A stretch of DNA of 64,000 nt. Origin: Mustelus asterias (taxonomy: Eukaryota). The notes beneath the pieces were generated by a model, which was not told where the DNA came from, did no database searches, and worked only from the letters and a program-made list of their open reading frames with translations. The translations under genes were made by a program, and so were the position numbers. Location of the stretch: positions 21,142,001 to 21,206,000 of the forward strand of contig NC_135827.1 of NCBI RefSeq assembly GCF_964213995.1, given 5' to 3'. Position 1 is the first letter of the stretch. Each line of letters starts with the position of its first letter. Positions 35,749 to 49,079 of the stretch are shown in pieces.

Positions 35749-38574
35749 CCAGCTGCAGCATGTGGCCCTGGCCAGTGGCACGGCTGCTCAATGCTGAGAT
35801 GGCTGTGGGAGTTGTCCAACAGCCTGATGCCGAGCGCTTCTTCTTCGTCATTGCCACTCATTGTTTTACAATCGTCCTCTGGACTGCAATAACCCACCGG
35901 TCAAAGTGGCTTCAGCATTTCCCCTCCTCCTGGCTTTTCAGCAGCAAGGATGAGAAAAGGGAGCACCCGCAGTCTATCACCTTTAATCTGATTTATTAAT
36001 TTCACATGACATGGTGCGTTGCTGGCTTTACCCTGCATCAAACACTCGCCATTTAAACAAATGATGACAGTTGAACTGAGTAGTCCCCATACAGCAGACT
36101 AACTGGAAATCCTTTAAGGGATTACAGTCCAATCAAACAAACTGAGTGACTTGCCCAGCCATTTCAGAGTCAGTCACATTGCTGTGGCTCTGGAGTCACA
36201 TGTAGGCCAGACCAGATAAGGACGGCAGATTTCCTTCCCTAAAGGGCAACAGTGAACCCAGATGGTTTTTATAACAATCGGCAATGGTTTCATTGTCATC
36301 AGAAGATTTTTAATTCCAGATTTTTATTGAATTCAAATTTCACCATCTGCAATGGTGGGATTCAAATCCAGGTCCCTAGAGCATTACACAGTGTTTCTGG
36401 ATTACCAGTCTGGCAACAATACCACAAAGCCACTGCCCCCCACATGTCTGCATACTTCTGTTATCACCTCGATATTGGGGTGAAAATTCTGCCCAAGTCA
36501 TGGACCAATTTTTACTTTCTCCAGTTTCACATTGGGAAGTCCCAGACCATTGTACTTAACATCTGCCATAAACTGGACTCTCTTACTACGGGCGGGATTT
36601 TCCAACCGCGCTTGCCCCAAAGCCGGAGAATCCCGCCCAAGGTTAATGGACCTTTGCATGGTCCGTGTCAGATTCCCGTGGTGGGTGGGATGGGAAAATT
36701 CTGCCCTACGTGATTGCTTCTTTTTCCCGGCCAATTACAACATGCTCAGCAAAATCTTCTATATCACGTTTAACTTCAATGAGTAAGGAAAGCAACATCC
36801 TGGTGAAATCACATGTTAATTTCTCTCCACATTCTTTCTGCTGGAGCTTTCTCCCCTTCTTCTAAATTCCAGCACCTTACCACCTTGGAATAGCGTAACC
36901 TCTGACTCATTGTGAGAAACGCCACAGGAGAACAATTGCTACATGATTGGAATACAGCAAAGTATAAAATATTTTAAAAGTCAATCCAACCTTTGCTTCC
37001 CTGGCCATGTATAATATTCTTGTTTACTTTTACAACAAAGTTGACCTACAAATGTAATCGCAAAATGACAAAGTTCCATAAAAATCATTTCTAACTCTTC
37101 AAAAGTTGAAATCAAATTATATTAAATTAATTCATTTAACTTTCATAGTGAGCAGGTTGCAGCTGACCAGGGATTGAATTTGTTAGTCAACTTTGCAGGA
37201 TAAGGCTAGCCTTAAAATTTTCAATTCTCTTCTGAAATTGCTTCTTCCTAAAGAATTAATCACCATAACATTAATTGCTTTTGGTGCGAATATGGTCCAA
37301 ATATATATAATACTCTATTGCAAAAGAAATAGTCTAATTGGAGCCTTATTAATTCTATACAGATGCATTCTGTTTTAGCTGGACTGTCTCCATTAAATAG
37401 CTTCCTAATGTTTAAAAATAATGAAATGCATACATGGTATAATACTAGCTCAATTCTTCTCCAGTTTAACCTCCAGTGAAAATACATTCTCACACATGCC
37501 ACATTCTCACTTCTCTTTTATGCTTCTGTACTGTTCTGTACCTGTGGGTGCAGATTGGCCACTTGGGTTCCTCAGTTAAACAGCTGGAATGTGATTCGAA
37601 TTATGTTGTATTGTCAGTGGTGCCCTTTTTAAACAAAAAAAAATAGAAAAATGTATCCATACAGTAACAATGATACGACACAAGGGAGTAGGCATTTGTG
37701 TCAGGTAGTAGTGCCATCATTTCAGCTTCTTGTTACATGCTTCGGCCAATAATCAGTTCTACTGAAGTCAATGGAATTCGATATCACTGTACTCAGGATT
37801 TTCATGCAATATTACTTGGTGAACTATTTTAATGCAACCATTATCATTTTCAGCAGGTTACAACAGGTATCTTAAGATAGCCCCAGAAGGAATTTTATAC
37901 AAATATGTTAACCAGTGTGCATTCAAAGAAATTAAACAATATCATCATGGCATCATAAATGTCCGATCAAAATGAAGATGAAACTCACTCACTCAATATC
38001 ACTCACACTGCAGTGGTATTGTTTGTATCTGTGTGAGTAAATTGGGGAATCAAATATGACAGGTCGCTGATGAAACTTAGAGCAGGCTGTTCCAAACCTG
38101 AACTTCTCTTGCACTCTAACTATAGCCCACCTTGATGCCTGCAGTTTATGAAACCAATGCATTATTACACAGGCTTCACTGAACTCTGGTGCGGGCATTG
38201 CTTTAATTATATTCATCGCTCTTCTCTAAAAATGCATTCTTATTCCACAATCTAACGGTGCAGTTCCGCGTTGGAAAACACTACAAATCAAACTATAAAG
38301 AGTCGGAAGGTCGTTCTCAATTTTTCCCTTTCTTTGAATTAACAATTTGTAGTGGATAATGGACTAAATATTCTTTGTTCCCTGCCATAACTCTTGAAAA
38401 AAGCGCTGCCAACTCATGCTTTGATAAAGGGTCAAGTGTTCAAATTATGATGGGATGCTTCAAGAGTGATTGTTCCCTCATGGTCGTGCTTCTGTGCTTT
38501 ACAGATTTTTGAAAGTCATTCAAAAATTATAGCATAGTAATATTTAAAGGCCCTTCTTTGAAATTAATGCTATT

Positions 38575-38880
38575 TATTTATTTTATTTATGTATTAGTGT
38601 CACAATACGCTTACATTAACATTGCAATGAAGTTACTGTGAAAATCCCCCAGTCACCACACTCTGGTGCCTGTTCGGGTACACTGAGGGAGAATTTAGCT
38701 TGGTCAATGCACCTAACCAACACGATTTTTGGACTGTGGGGGGAAACCGGAGCACCCAGAGGAAACCCACACAGACACGGGAAGAATGTGCTGACTCCAC
38801 ACAGACAGTGACCCAAGCCGAGAATCGAACCCAGGTTCCTGCCGCTCTGAAGCAGCAGTTTTAACCACTGTGCCACCCCT
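38575..38880 (-). mobile_element. HE1-related SINE with an alternative 3' tail
   Basis: HE1 head and core, but the tail is ...cacagtaacttcattgcaatgttaatgtaagc...aataaa; same variant at 44868-45170 and 63170-63245. Confidence 0.8.
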
Positions 38881-39151
38881 ATCTGATATCACAATATGTG
38901 TGCGGTTTTGATATAAAATGTAATGCAAATCAGAGCAATGTACAGAGTGTTTGTGGACTATAAGACACAAAAGGACCTTAGGCAGTTTCCTGGCATTACC
39001 CTTGCCTCCAGGCATGTGAGTCTCCATCTCTTTCAACCTCTCTGAAACTGGTCAGAAAAAAATAATTTTAAGTTGAAACGAGGGGCAAACCGAGATTTCT
39101 GAACAAGACAGGGGCCTATTGGTGGATGACGTGATGCCAAAGACTTTTGAA

Positions 39152-42100
39152 ACCCTTGAGACTGCCTAATTTTCTAATCCATACTCAGATCAGAGGGTCA
39201 AGAAGAGACCAAATGGTAAATGAATACAAATATAAAATACAGGCAAGAGGATCACAAAATGTTTAATTGTCATTTGGTAGTACAGAACTTGAGTATTGCT
39301 TAAAAAATGAGACATGTTGAAGTTTTTCATCTTGCAGTGATCAGGACACCATTTTTCTTTTATAGTCGAGTGAAGTGTCCAAATGAGAGCAAGACAAAAA
39401 GCGATAACGTGCCTCTTTTTTCAGCAATGCTAAAATCGTTAATGATACAATGAACTCAGTTGTGCAAAAAAGTGATTTCAGTAACAAGGGCATTGAGTAA
39501 ATACATATTTTAAATTCTTGTGAGTCTAGGCGGTGGGTAAAGCTAACATGGGACACTTTCCCATGGAATTGTAAACTGGAACGTTGCTTCCAAATGCTAA
39601 ATTGTCAATAGCCACTTTCCCATCTCCAGTAAAATAAATTCAGCAAGAGCCAAGGAAAGCCAGCACAACACATATGTTCATTTGTCACAAACATCACAGC
39701 AGAGTTTTCAGCATCTGCCTTCATGTATCCATTGTTATGGTTCAGGTCAGAAACTCCACAGTATTTTATGAAGCCCATCTGGATCATGAGTTTTGCACCT
39801 TGAATTTGACTAGGATAGGCATGATATGGTTCACCTCTGGTAAGGTTCAAATGACCCATTTGGGAGCTTCTATCAAACAAAGTTTATTTAAGGTATAGTT
39901 AACATGTATGGTAAGAGTATTAGCAATAACTGTTATCAGCTACAAACAAAACAAAACAACCATAATAATGTATAACCATTAACAAATATATCTGAGATCT
40001 TCCAATCAAACAAATCCCATAAACAAAACTCTTCCACAGCTTTAATACAGCAAAGATTAATGCTCACATGATACTGGAACTGAGTCCTTTGGATGAATGT
40101 TGCAGTTCTCTTGATAGACTCAGAACAGTTTGAAGACAGAACAGCTTCCTAGAACATCAGAGAGACTCTGGTCGAGCCACCAACAGAAGATTTTCTACTG
40201 CAGGAAGGCAAGAAGTCTTGCTTTCAGCTAGCCAGCAGAACTTCCAAAATCCAGGGAGAGAGAGAGAGAGAGAGAGAGAGGCTGCTTTCAGTCTGATGTC
40301 CACTCCCTTCTAAAACTAAACTCAACAGCCAAAAACAGAAAATGAAACCTTGAATTCCCTAGGAAGGAAAAAAAACTGACCAGAACCCATGACCTTCCTT
40401 CCTAACAATGCAGGGCCATAAAACAACCCAGAGTAAAATTTTACAAAACCCATTTAAACCACAGAAGGAGCAATAAGAGGACTCCTATGGTCAGCCCAGC
40501 AACAATGAGAGCTGAGAGCTACAGAGAATTTGATCTTAAAACAACTCTTAAAGGTACACTAACGTCACCCCATATATCCCACAACACAAGAACAATAATC
40601 CGTTTCAGAGAACATGCATTTGCAGTGTAATGATAGAATGAGAAATCTGTCTTGTATTTTTGGCTTGACAGACCTGCAATATCTTGAGCAGGGAAAAAAA
40701 TAAAAATCAGATAACAAAACTGTAGTAAAGTGAAAGGTGACTCGTTGCGGCTATATATATATATATAAATAAAAGAGTCTGACAGAACTACAATACAGGT
40801 CTATTCTCTCTTCTCCCTGGCTCCAACAGTGGTTCCTCCCTGTTCCAGAACCCACGTCCTTGCTCCCAATTGGTTTGGCTTCCCACACAGCCTCTTCATA
40901 GGGTCCAAACTGATCATATGGCCCTCAAAGGATCATTCCCCTCCACCCCTCCACCACCCCCACGTTACCACAAAAAACCCATGTCAACTCAGGGGGGTCT
41001 TCACTGTATTTTGAGAAAATTCTTTTTGACTCTGAATATGGTCAAAATGAATTTCAAGATATAACAGTTGCCAGGACGTTTGTTATCCATCCCATCTACC
41101 TTTCATATGCAGTGATATCAGCCTTATTTATGGAAGATGTCCGGCTTCCTTTTGAATGTTTGCAGCGAATCTGCACCCAATCCAGGAGTTGGTAACCTGT
41201 TCTGCATATCACTGATGCCTAGGGACAAATAAAACCTCCTTCCAGCTAATCTAGTGCATAGGAAGTGTGTACACATGTCCCCTTGATTTCTCTAGCTTAT
41301 TTACAACAAATAATGTTTACATGTACAGAAACTAATCTCATTCTCATTTTGAATACTTCAATCAAATCTTTCTGAGGTTTGCTATTGTATGAAAACATAA
41401 TGACCCAGCTGTTTGGACCTATTGTTGTAGCTAATTATTTTTGAAGTAGGCATCAATCTTGTGGCCATTCCTGTAACTCTTTCTCAGGCCTTTATTTCTA
41501 CCAACCAATGACGGGACCAAAACTGGACTTCATAAGGGAGATCGTGGAGTTGGGAGATGGATTAAAGTTAACAAGGTAAGAGGTGAAAAACAAATCAAAA
41601 TAATTCTGTTTCTTTCTTCAGAAGTATCAACCAATGTCATACTGGCAGTTTTCGCAGTCATATCCCTCCCTCTAACTGATATAGGTAACCCAAGGTCAGA
41701 GCAAATTCTGTCAGGAATCTACCTGTAATATAGTCAATGCACATTAAGACAGGTAGATACTCACCAGATTCGAAAAGCCAGCCTTCACTGTCTGTGCCAA
41801 CAAGTGAGGAATGGGTACTGCGTGAAACGTTTGGGCTAAGTCCAACTGAGAAAATCTACTCCAAATTTGTTCAATACCCTTCGGAGAGGAAGGGGTAAGG
41901 GTAGAAAATTCACGAAAAAAAATAATGTTCACTAATTCCTCTGATGTATAGTTTTAAATACATCAGGACCAGCATAACTGTGGGTCCAGTCAAATAATTA
42001 CACAGTACTGACATTTATATCTTTGTGAAATAAGGTCTTTAAAGCATCCTAGTTGATGGCAGAAGATAACTTTGATGCTGAAATATTCAACATTTGTTTG

Positions 42101-42528
42101 TTGTTCCATTTCCCCCACAATTGCCATTCATTTCAATTTTTCTGGCTTCAGTTATGAGGACACAGCAATAATGGAAGTGACTCTCATAACCTCTTGCTAT
42201 TTGAACATAGCAAAAATCACTTGTAAGTAATATCTGTGGTGCAATTATATCACCCTATCTTGTACATAATATAGAAATATAGCAAGCCTATGCTACCTCA
42301 ATAAAATGATAGGTGGGAAAAATCATTAAAGAAGAAGCAAGGACTTAATTAAAAATAACTAGGATGAAATTTGACAAGTGTTTACTAGACATGCACATTG
42401 AGACATGGTGATAGGATAGATTTTGTGATCCTCTTGCCTGTATTTTATATTTGTATTCATTTACCATTTGGTCTCTTCTTGACCCTCTGATCTGAGTATG
42501 GATTAGAAAATTAGGCAGTCTCAAGGGT
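39152..42528. repeat. Perfect 109-bp inverted repeat pair (39152-39260 / 42420-42528)
   Basis: Base-by-base reverse-complement identity over 109 nt of otherwise unique-looking AT-rich sequence; no TSD seen. Confidence 0.95.
39865..40569 (-). mobile_element. Possible solo LTR with internal (GA)n microsatellite
   Basis: Minus strand begins gtgacgttagtgtacctttaagag and has aataaa near its end; no coding sequence or TSD confirmed. Confidence 0.35.
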
Positions 42529-42612
42529 ATTGCTGATTCAGTCCTTCAAGCAATAGGACATTGTTCTACACATCATAGTTCCTTTGGTGGTGAGAAGGAT
42601 TATGCAAAGACT

Positions 42613-43433
42613 TGGGGGATTTCCATCACTCACCATTTCCCATCTTCCATTTTCCACTCCTGTTTTTGGCAAGCGGAATCAACGGGAGGAGCGGAAAATC
42701 CCACGAGAGGCCCAAAATGTGATTTACGCTGGCGGGATTCCCTGTTGAGATTCTCCCCATACACTCTCACCCCACCAAAGATGTAACAGGAATCCCGACA
42801 TTCATCATTGAGAAGTCCATTCCAATAAGCCTATTTACATCTTATTATAACAATACCCACCTCCCCCCAAACCCGCTGATTCATTCATGCTGAATTGCAA
42901 TAGATCCCCCACAGCATGTGGAGATGCTGGTGTTGGACTGGGGAATACATTCACCTGATGAAGGAGCAGCGCTCCGAAAGCTCGTGATTCCAAATAAAAC
43001 TGCTGGACTTTAACCTGGTGTTGTGAGATTTCTCACCGTGCACAGCATGTAATTAGCGAGCAGAACCCGGGGGAGGAGAGGAGTTCAGATGAATGTACCA
43101 CTCAGGGGAGGAAGGGTCATGTCCCGGCACTGCTCTCAGCACTGCCTCCTGCCACTGGGTGTTCTGGGGGCGATCGTTCAAAGGGGGGTTTATTTGGGGG
43201 TGGTGTTCTGGGAGGGGGTGTGTTCTATTTTTAATTTTTTTTGTTTTGTGGCGCCCTTTGAAAAGGAAGCCCTGATCTTTAAAAATCTAAGTTGCTGGCG
43301 GGGTGAGCTCAGTCAGAGCTTGTTATGTTGTGGGATCATCAACCGAACAATACGACCGAGTAACCCACCATTGGAGCCGACGGCTTCCACACTGTTTCTG
43401 CCGTCCGCTGTCGAAAAATGGGAAAATTCCACC
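42613..43433. mobile_element. MITE-like element carrying a Penelope terminal fragment
   Basis: Termini gggggatttcc / ggaaaattccacc; interrupted at 42920-43040. Confidence 0.55.
42920..43040 (+). mobile_element. Short Penelope terminal fragment with hammerhead motif and 10-bp TSD
   Basis: TSD cacagcatgt at 42910-42919 and 43041-43050; tcac-CTGATGA-a-ggagc(agc)gctcc-GAAA-gc-tc-gtga at 42951-42987. Confidence 0.8.
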
Positions 43434-44207
43434 TGTGGTACTTTGCTTTGGGGTGAAGGGGGGGGGAAGTAGTCGGTAAATTGCCTTCTAGCTGTCGGTC
43501 TAATAGCATTGGCAGAGGTCTGGGAAGAGGGGATGCTTTGAATTCAGTTGTATTTTAGCAAACCTTTGGCAGACTGAGGAAAAAAGTGAAATATGTAAAC
43601 TGAATTTCACAATATTTCGATATTCAATTCACAATGTTTTAGTATTTCAGACTGCTGTAAGCTTGTCACCATACAAACATTCTTAGACTGTAAATTTTTA
43701 TGGTTTTACGCAATGACAAGATAAAAATAACTCAATAAAATAGCGTACTTAAGTGACATTTCTTCCACATATATAAGCCAGTAGTTAGCTTACACTGCAG
43801 CTTTTTGATCAACTGTGATTATTTTCTTGGATACTATAAGAATTTGCCAAAATGATGTTTAAAAGGGGACAGGTTCAGCTGAAAACAAGGTTCATGCACA
43901 TTCTTAAAATTATGAATTTAGAAGTTTGAAGCAGAATTATTTTATATGTAAGTATTTAGCTTTAGGTCCACTGTACACCTGCCATTGGTGCTGCCCAGGT
44001 GGACCACACTAATACCACTGCCAATTTCATAGACATAAGCAATTTGGCAACAGCAGCAGCATTGTTCACAAGAGGTGATGTTATTTGTTTATTAGTCACA
44101 AGGTCACAGGGGCGGGGGGAGGGGGGGTGCAGGGGGATGCACACGCACACACACACACAATTTAGTGACATGACAGATATAACCCATAATTGCTCCGGTT
44201 CTGACGC

Positions 44208-44486
44208 AGGCGGCACAGTGGTTAGCACAGCTGCCTCACAGCGCCAGGGACCCGGGTTCAATTCCGGCCTCGGGTCACTGTCTGTGTGGAGTTTGCACAG
44301 TCTCCCCATGTCTGCGTGGGTTTCCTCCGGGTGCTCCGGTTTCCTCCCACACTTCAAAGATGTGCAGATTAGGTTGATTGGCCATGCTAAATTGTCCCTT
44401 AGTGTCAGGGGGATTAGCAGGGTAAATACTTGGGGATAGGCTCAATGGGTCGAATGGCCTCCTTCTGCAATTTAGGGATTCTATGA
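44208..44486 (+). mobile_element. HE1 SINE
   Basis: HE1 head, core and tail. Confidence 0.9.
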
Positions 44487-44867
44487 AATGGCAGTACCAA
44501 GAGGAGCAAAAGGGCTCCCAAGCCAGGAAATTCAACTGAGGGGTGACATCTTTCATTTTAAAAGGCTTCCACTGAACACGGTGAAGATGTTTGTACCATC
44601 ATCTCAACAAATACAATAAGAGTATTTCAGAACAGCTGTTTTATTCAATCCTGGGCAATACGTTAGTAACTTTCATTAGTAGTAGGGAGCCAAGCCAATT
44701 TTTCTGTTGACATTTTCATATAAAAACAAACAGGGCGTAACATAGTAAAATACTGGCTGAGCAAAAACAAAAACACAGTGAGGAAAAAAGAGGCATGTTT
44801 ACAAAGCAGCAGAAATTCATCTTCAAAAGTCACTAGGGGGAGGAAAGACAGAAGAAGCATGCAACAT

Positions 44868-45170
44868 AGGGCGGCATGACGGCACAGTGGTTAGCACTGC
44901 TGCCTTACAGTGCTAGGGACCCAGGTCTAATTCCCGGCTTGGGTGGCTGCCTGTGTGGAGTTTGCACGTTCTCCCCGTGTCTGCTTGGGTTTTCCCTGGG
45001 TGCTCTGGTTCCCTCTCACAGCCTGAAAGACGTGCTGGTTAGGTGCATTGGCCATGCTAAATTCTCCCTCCGTGTACCCGAACAGGTGCCGGAGTGTGGC
45101 GACTAGGGGATTTTCGCTTCATTGCAGTGTTAATGTAAGCCTACTTGTGACATTAATAAATAAACTTTAA
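44868..45170 (+). mobile_element. HE1-related SINE with an alternative tail
   Basis: HE1 head and core; tail ending taataaataaacttt. Confidence 0.8.
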
Positions 45171-45392
45171 AAAACACGCTAAACAATTTATCAGTTCTGC
45201 TAAATTTCTCAGTTATTTCTGTCGGGGTGTAATAAAGACAAACTGAACAAAATAGGGGTAAACAGACAGCAACTGGAGGGTCCAGGGGGCTCATCACTCC
45301 CAAGATAGAAAAAAAAATCAGAGATCTCCTAAATTTCTATATTCACAAAACCTCATGATCGCTTCCAACTGCTTCCCATGGTCAGGGACAAT

Positions 45393-46470
45393 ATAAGACC
45401 ATAAGACATAGGAGCGGAAGTAAGGCCATTCGGCCCATCGAGTCCACTCCACCATTCAATCATGGTTGATTTCAACTCCATTTACCCGCTCTCTCCCCAT
45501 AGCCCTTAATTCCTCGAGAAATCAAGAATTTATCAATTTCTGTCTTGAAGACGCTCAACGTCTCGGCTTCCACAGCCCTCTGTGGCAATGAATTCCACAG
45601 ACCTACCACTCTCTGGCTGAAGAAATTTCTCCTCATCTCTGTTCTAAAGTGACTCCCTTTTATTCTAAGGCTGTGCCCCCGCGTCCTAGTCTCCCCTGCT
45701 AATGGAAACAACTTCCCTACGTCCATCCTATCTAAGCCGTTCATTATCTTGTAAGTCTCTATCAGATCTCCCCTCAACCTCCTAAACTCCAATGAATATA
45801 ATCCCACGATCCTCAGACGTTCATCGTATGTCAGGCCTACCATTCCTGGGATCATCCGTGTGAATCTCCGCTGGACCCGCTCCAGTGCCAGTATGTCCTT
45901 CCTGAGGTGTGGGGCCCAAAATTGCTCACAGTACTCCAAATGGGGCCTAACCAGTGCTTTATAAAGCCTCAGAAGTACATCCCTGCTTTTGTATTCCAAG
46001 CCTCTTGAGATAAATGACAACATTACATTTGCTTTCTTAATTACGGACTCAACCTGCAAGTTTACCTTTAGAGAATCCTGGACTAGGACTCCCAAATCCC
46101 TTTGCACTTTAGCATTATGAATTTTGTCACCGTTTAGAAAATAGTCCATGCCTCTATTCTTTTTTCCAAAGTGCACGACCTCGCACTTGCCCACGTTGAA
46201 TTTCATCAGCCACTTCTTGGACCACTCTCCTAAACTGTCTAAATCTTTCTGCAGCCTACCCACCTCCTCAATACTACCTGCCCCTCCACCTATCTTTGTA
46301 TCATCGGCAAACTTGGCCAGAATGCCCCCAGTCCCGTCATCTAGATCGTTAATATATAAAGAGAACAGCTGTGGCCCCAACACTGAACCCTGCGGGACAC
46401 CACTCGTCACCGGTTGCCATTCTGAGAAAGAACCTTTTATCCCAACTCTCTGCCTTCTGTCTGACAGCCA
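45393..46470 (-). mobile_element. Young 5'-truncated CR1 LINE (RT C-terminal half, open)
   Basis: ORF 45472-46410 (SGVPQGSVLGP, FADDTK, RPHLEYC) and (tcttatgg)n tail. Confidence 0.95.
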
Positions 46471-47924
46471 TGTGTTGACTTATCCCATTTCAACAAAGAT
46501 ATTTAATTTTGTAATTCTAGATTCTGTTGAAGTTTCTGAATGCCGCCATTATGGGATTATGCCCTGTGAACAATCACAAAACTTAAACGACACAAAGTGT
46601 TACATCTTGACTTTAGACACAAAGGGCTCAATTTTATGGCCCAGCCATGGAGTGGGGGGGGGGGGGGGGTGGGAAAATGTGGCGAACCATTCGAACGTCC
46701 ATTGACTTCGGCAGGAGCGGAAAATCCAGTCAGTTGAAAATTCCACCCCAATAGTCACGATGTTACTGGCCCCAAAGGAAGATGAAGAAGACGGGGGGGG
46801 GCAGGGGGGTTTGGTGAGTGGGAGACAGTGGCGAGCAGTAAAATTGTGTGAGAGACTGCCTGCCTGGCATCCTCCTGCTGTCGATTAATATTACCAGCAG
46901 GAAATTAGATTCATTAAACAGCCAACAGTCAAGTAGTTTCCATTCTTTCTCTGATTTTAACACGGAAGTTCAGAGCTTCACTGTTCAAATGAGGTGAGGT
47001 CTCAGCGGCTGTTGGGTTGTGGGGGAAGCAAGGAGCCATGCACCAATGTCTAGCTGCCTACCAAATGTTAAAACTAAGGGTGACCCCAAGTCTGAAATGG
47101 AAAGGAAGAGGGGAGGAGCAAGAAGGATTCCCCCTTCTCTGCCCCCACCAGGCCCCTCTCCTGTCACGGCCCCAGCCCACACAAATCCTCCAGTGGATCA
47201 AAGTAGTGAAACAGTCATGATATAGAGATGCGTTTGTAATTCTTGTAAGCTAATTGGAGAAAACAGTTTCCATATATTAGAATTTTGGGATTTAACATTT
47301 GGGATTTAGCATGCGGAATGTGACTCAAATTCTGGGTGGATCTGAACACAAATAAGCCTCATCCGCAATGTTAACTGGTCCTTCTTCAAAGTTATTTATG
47401 TATTTGCAAATCTTGACTTGGCAGAGATTTTAAAAATGTGCGTTCTTGAAAGTACAGAGACCAATTGTCTAATTCAATTGGTCCTTTCTTTTTGCATCAT
47501 AGCCTGGAGTTAGCTGAAATGACAGATACAATAATGATGGGACAGACTACAGCTGAGTGGAAATACATGCTCAGCGCAACCACATATAATAACATCCGAG
47601 AAGAACGAAATGAGAGAATGAAATTCTACGTGAAATCAATTGGTAAACATCATTTACTTCTTTAATATTGCATATTTTTGGTTATACAAGCCATAAATCA
47701 AATCACGCCATTCCTTTAATAGTACAATGTACATAAGAGTTGACATTGCTATTAAATGTCATAACATTTTTTGCCTATAAAAATTTTGATATGTAATTGA
47801 ATTTTAGTGGTAGTGTACCACGATGTTCTCTATATTCTTCCAGAAATAATTGGCACAGGTATATCTGACCACAAGATGGGGCTAGAGCATTAGGTTTCCT
47901 TTGGTTCACGACTTTAAAAGCCAG

Positions 47925-47996
47925 TAAGAAGTCTCACAACACCAGGTTAAAGTCCAACAGGTTTATTTAGTATCACAAGCTTTCGAAGCGCTCCTC
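47925..47996 (-). mobile_element. Very short Penelope 3' end with 13-bp TSD
   Basis: TSD ctttaaaagccag at 47912-47924 and 47997-48009; the insert is the reverse complement of the PLE end at 2230-2300. Confidence 0.75.
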
Positions 47997-48127
47997 CTTT
48001 AAAAGCCAGACAGCAAGAGACATGTAATGAAAGCTGATTTTACACAAATTCAAAATTGCAGCAAGTACCGGAAAATTTATAATAGAAATAGTTCCGGTTA
48101 TACAGTGCCCTTCACGTTCAAACATCT

Positions 48128-48995
48128 TTGATTTGATTTATTATTGTCACATGTATTAACATACAGTGAAAAATATTGTTTCTTGTGCACTATTCAGATA
48201 AAACATACCTTTCATAGAGAAGGAAACTAGAGAGCGCAGAATGTAGTGTTACAGTCATAGCTAGGGTGTAGAGAAAGATCAACTTAATGCAAGGTAAAAG
48301 TCCATTCAAAAGTCTGACAGCAACAGGGAAGAAGCTGTTCTTGAGTCGGTTGGTACGTGACCTCAGACTTTTGTATCTTTTTCCCAACGGAAGAAGGTGG
48401 AAGAGAGAATGTCCGGGATGCGTGGGGTCCTTAATTATGCTGGCTGCTTTGCCAAGGCAGCAGGAAGTGTAGACAGAGTCAATGGATGGGAGGCTGGTTT
48501 GCATGATGGATTGGACTACTTTCACGACCTTTTGTAGTTCGTTGCGGTCTTGGGCAGAGCAGAAGCCATACCAAGCTGTGATAACCAGAAAGATTGCTTT
48601 CTATGGTGCATCTGTAAAAGTTGTTGAGAGTCGTAGCTGACATGCCAAATTTCTTTAGTTTTCTGAGGAAGTAAAGGCATTGGTGAGCTTTCTTAACTAT
48701 AGTGTCGGCATGGGGGACCAGGACAGGTTGTTGGTGACATGGACACCTTAAAACTTGAAGCTCTCGACCCTTTCTATTTCGTCCCTGTTGATATAGACAG
48801 GGGCATGTTCTCCTTTACGCTTCCTGAAGTCGATGACAATCTCCTTCATTTTGTTGACATTGAGGGAGAGATTATTGTTGCCGCACCAGTTCACCAGATT
48901 CTCTATCTCATTCCTGTACTCTGCCTCATCATTGTTTGAGATCTGGTCCACCACGGTGGTGTCGTCAGCAAACTTGAAAATCGAATTGGAGCTTT
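48128..48995 (-). mobile_element. Rex1/Babar-clade LINE 3' fragment
   Basis: KFADDTTVV.QISNNDEAEYRNEIENLVNWC..NNLSLNV.K.KEIVIDFR and IIKDPTHPGHSLF.LLP.GKRY...RTNRLKNSFFP; (tcaaa)n tail. Confidence 0.85.
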
Positions 48996-49079
48996 GCACA
49001 ATGAATTACTTTTTGAAGTTCCGTGACTGTTAATTAAGTGAACGCGAAGAAATTGCTCCAGTTCCCAACAAGCAGGTTA

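Noticed and set aside
37989-38216. Minus ORF with C..HW...YHC pattern resembling an Ig domain
   Set aside because: Cys-Trp spacing is wrong for an Ig fold and there are no convincing phase-1 splice boundaries.
41724-41845. Minus-strand 81-nt exon-like segment with a gtgagt donor
   Set aside because: The next acceptor would give a ~40-nt intron; the plus-strand reading explains the region better.
20715-44800. CACAGTG/CACTGTG heptamers as possible V(D)J recombination signals (e.g. 20844, 44774, SINE heads)
   Set aside because: No ACAAAAACC-like nonamer at 12/23 spacing in those I checked; most lie in the HE1 head, and the V exon already contains its J-like strand.
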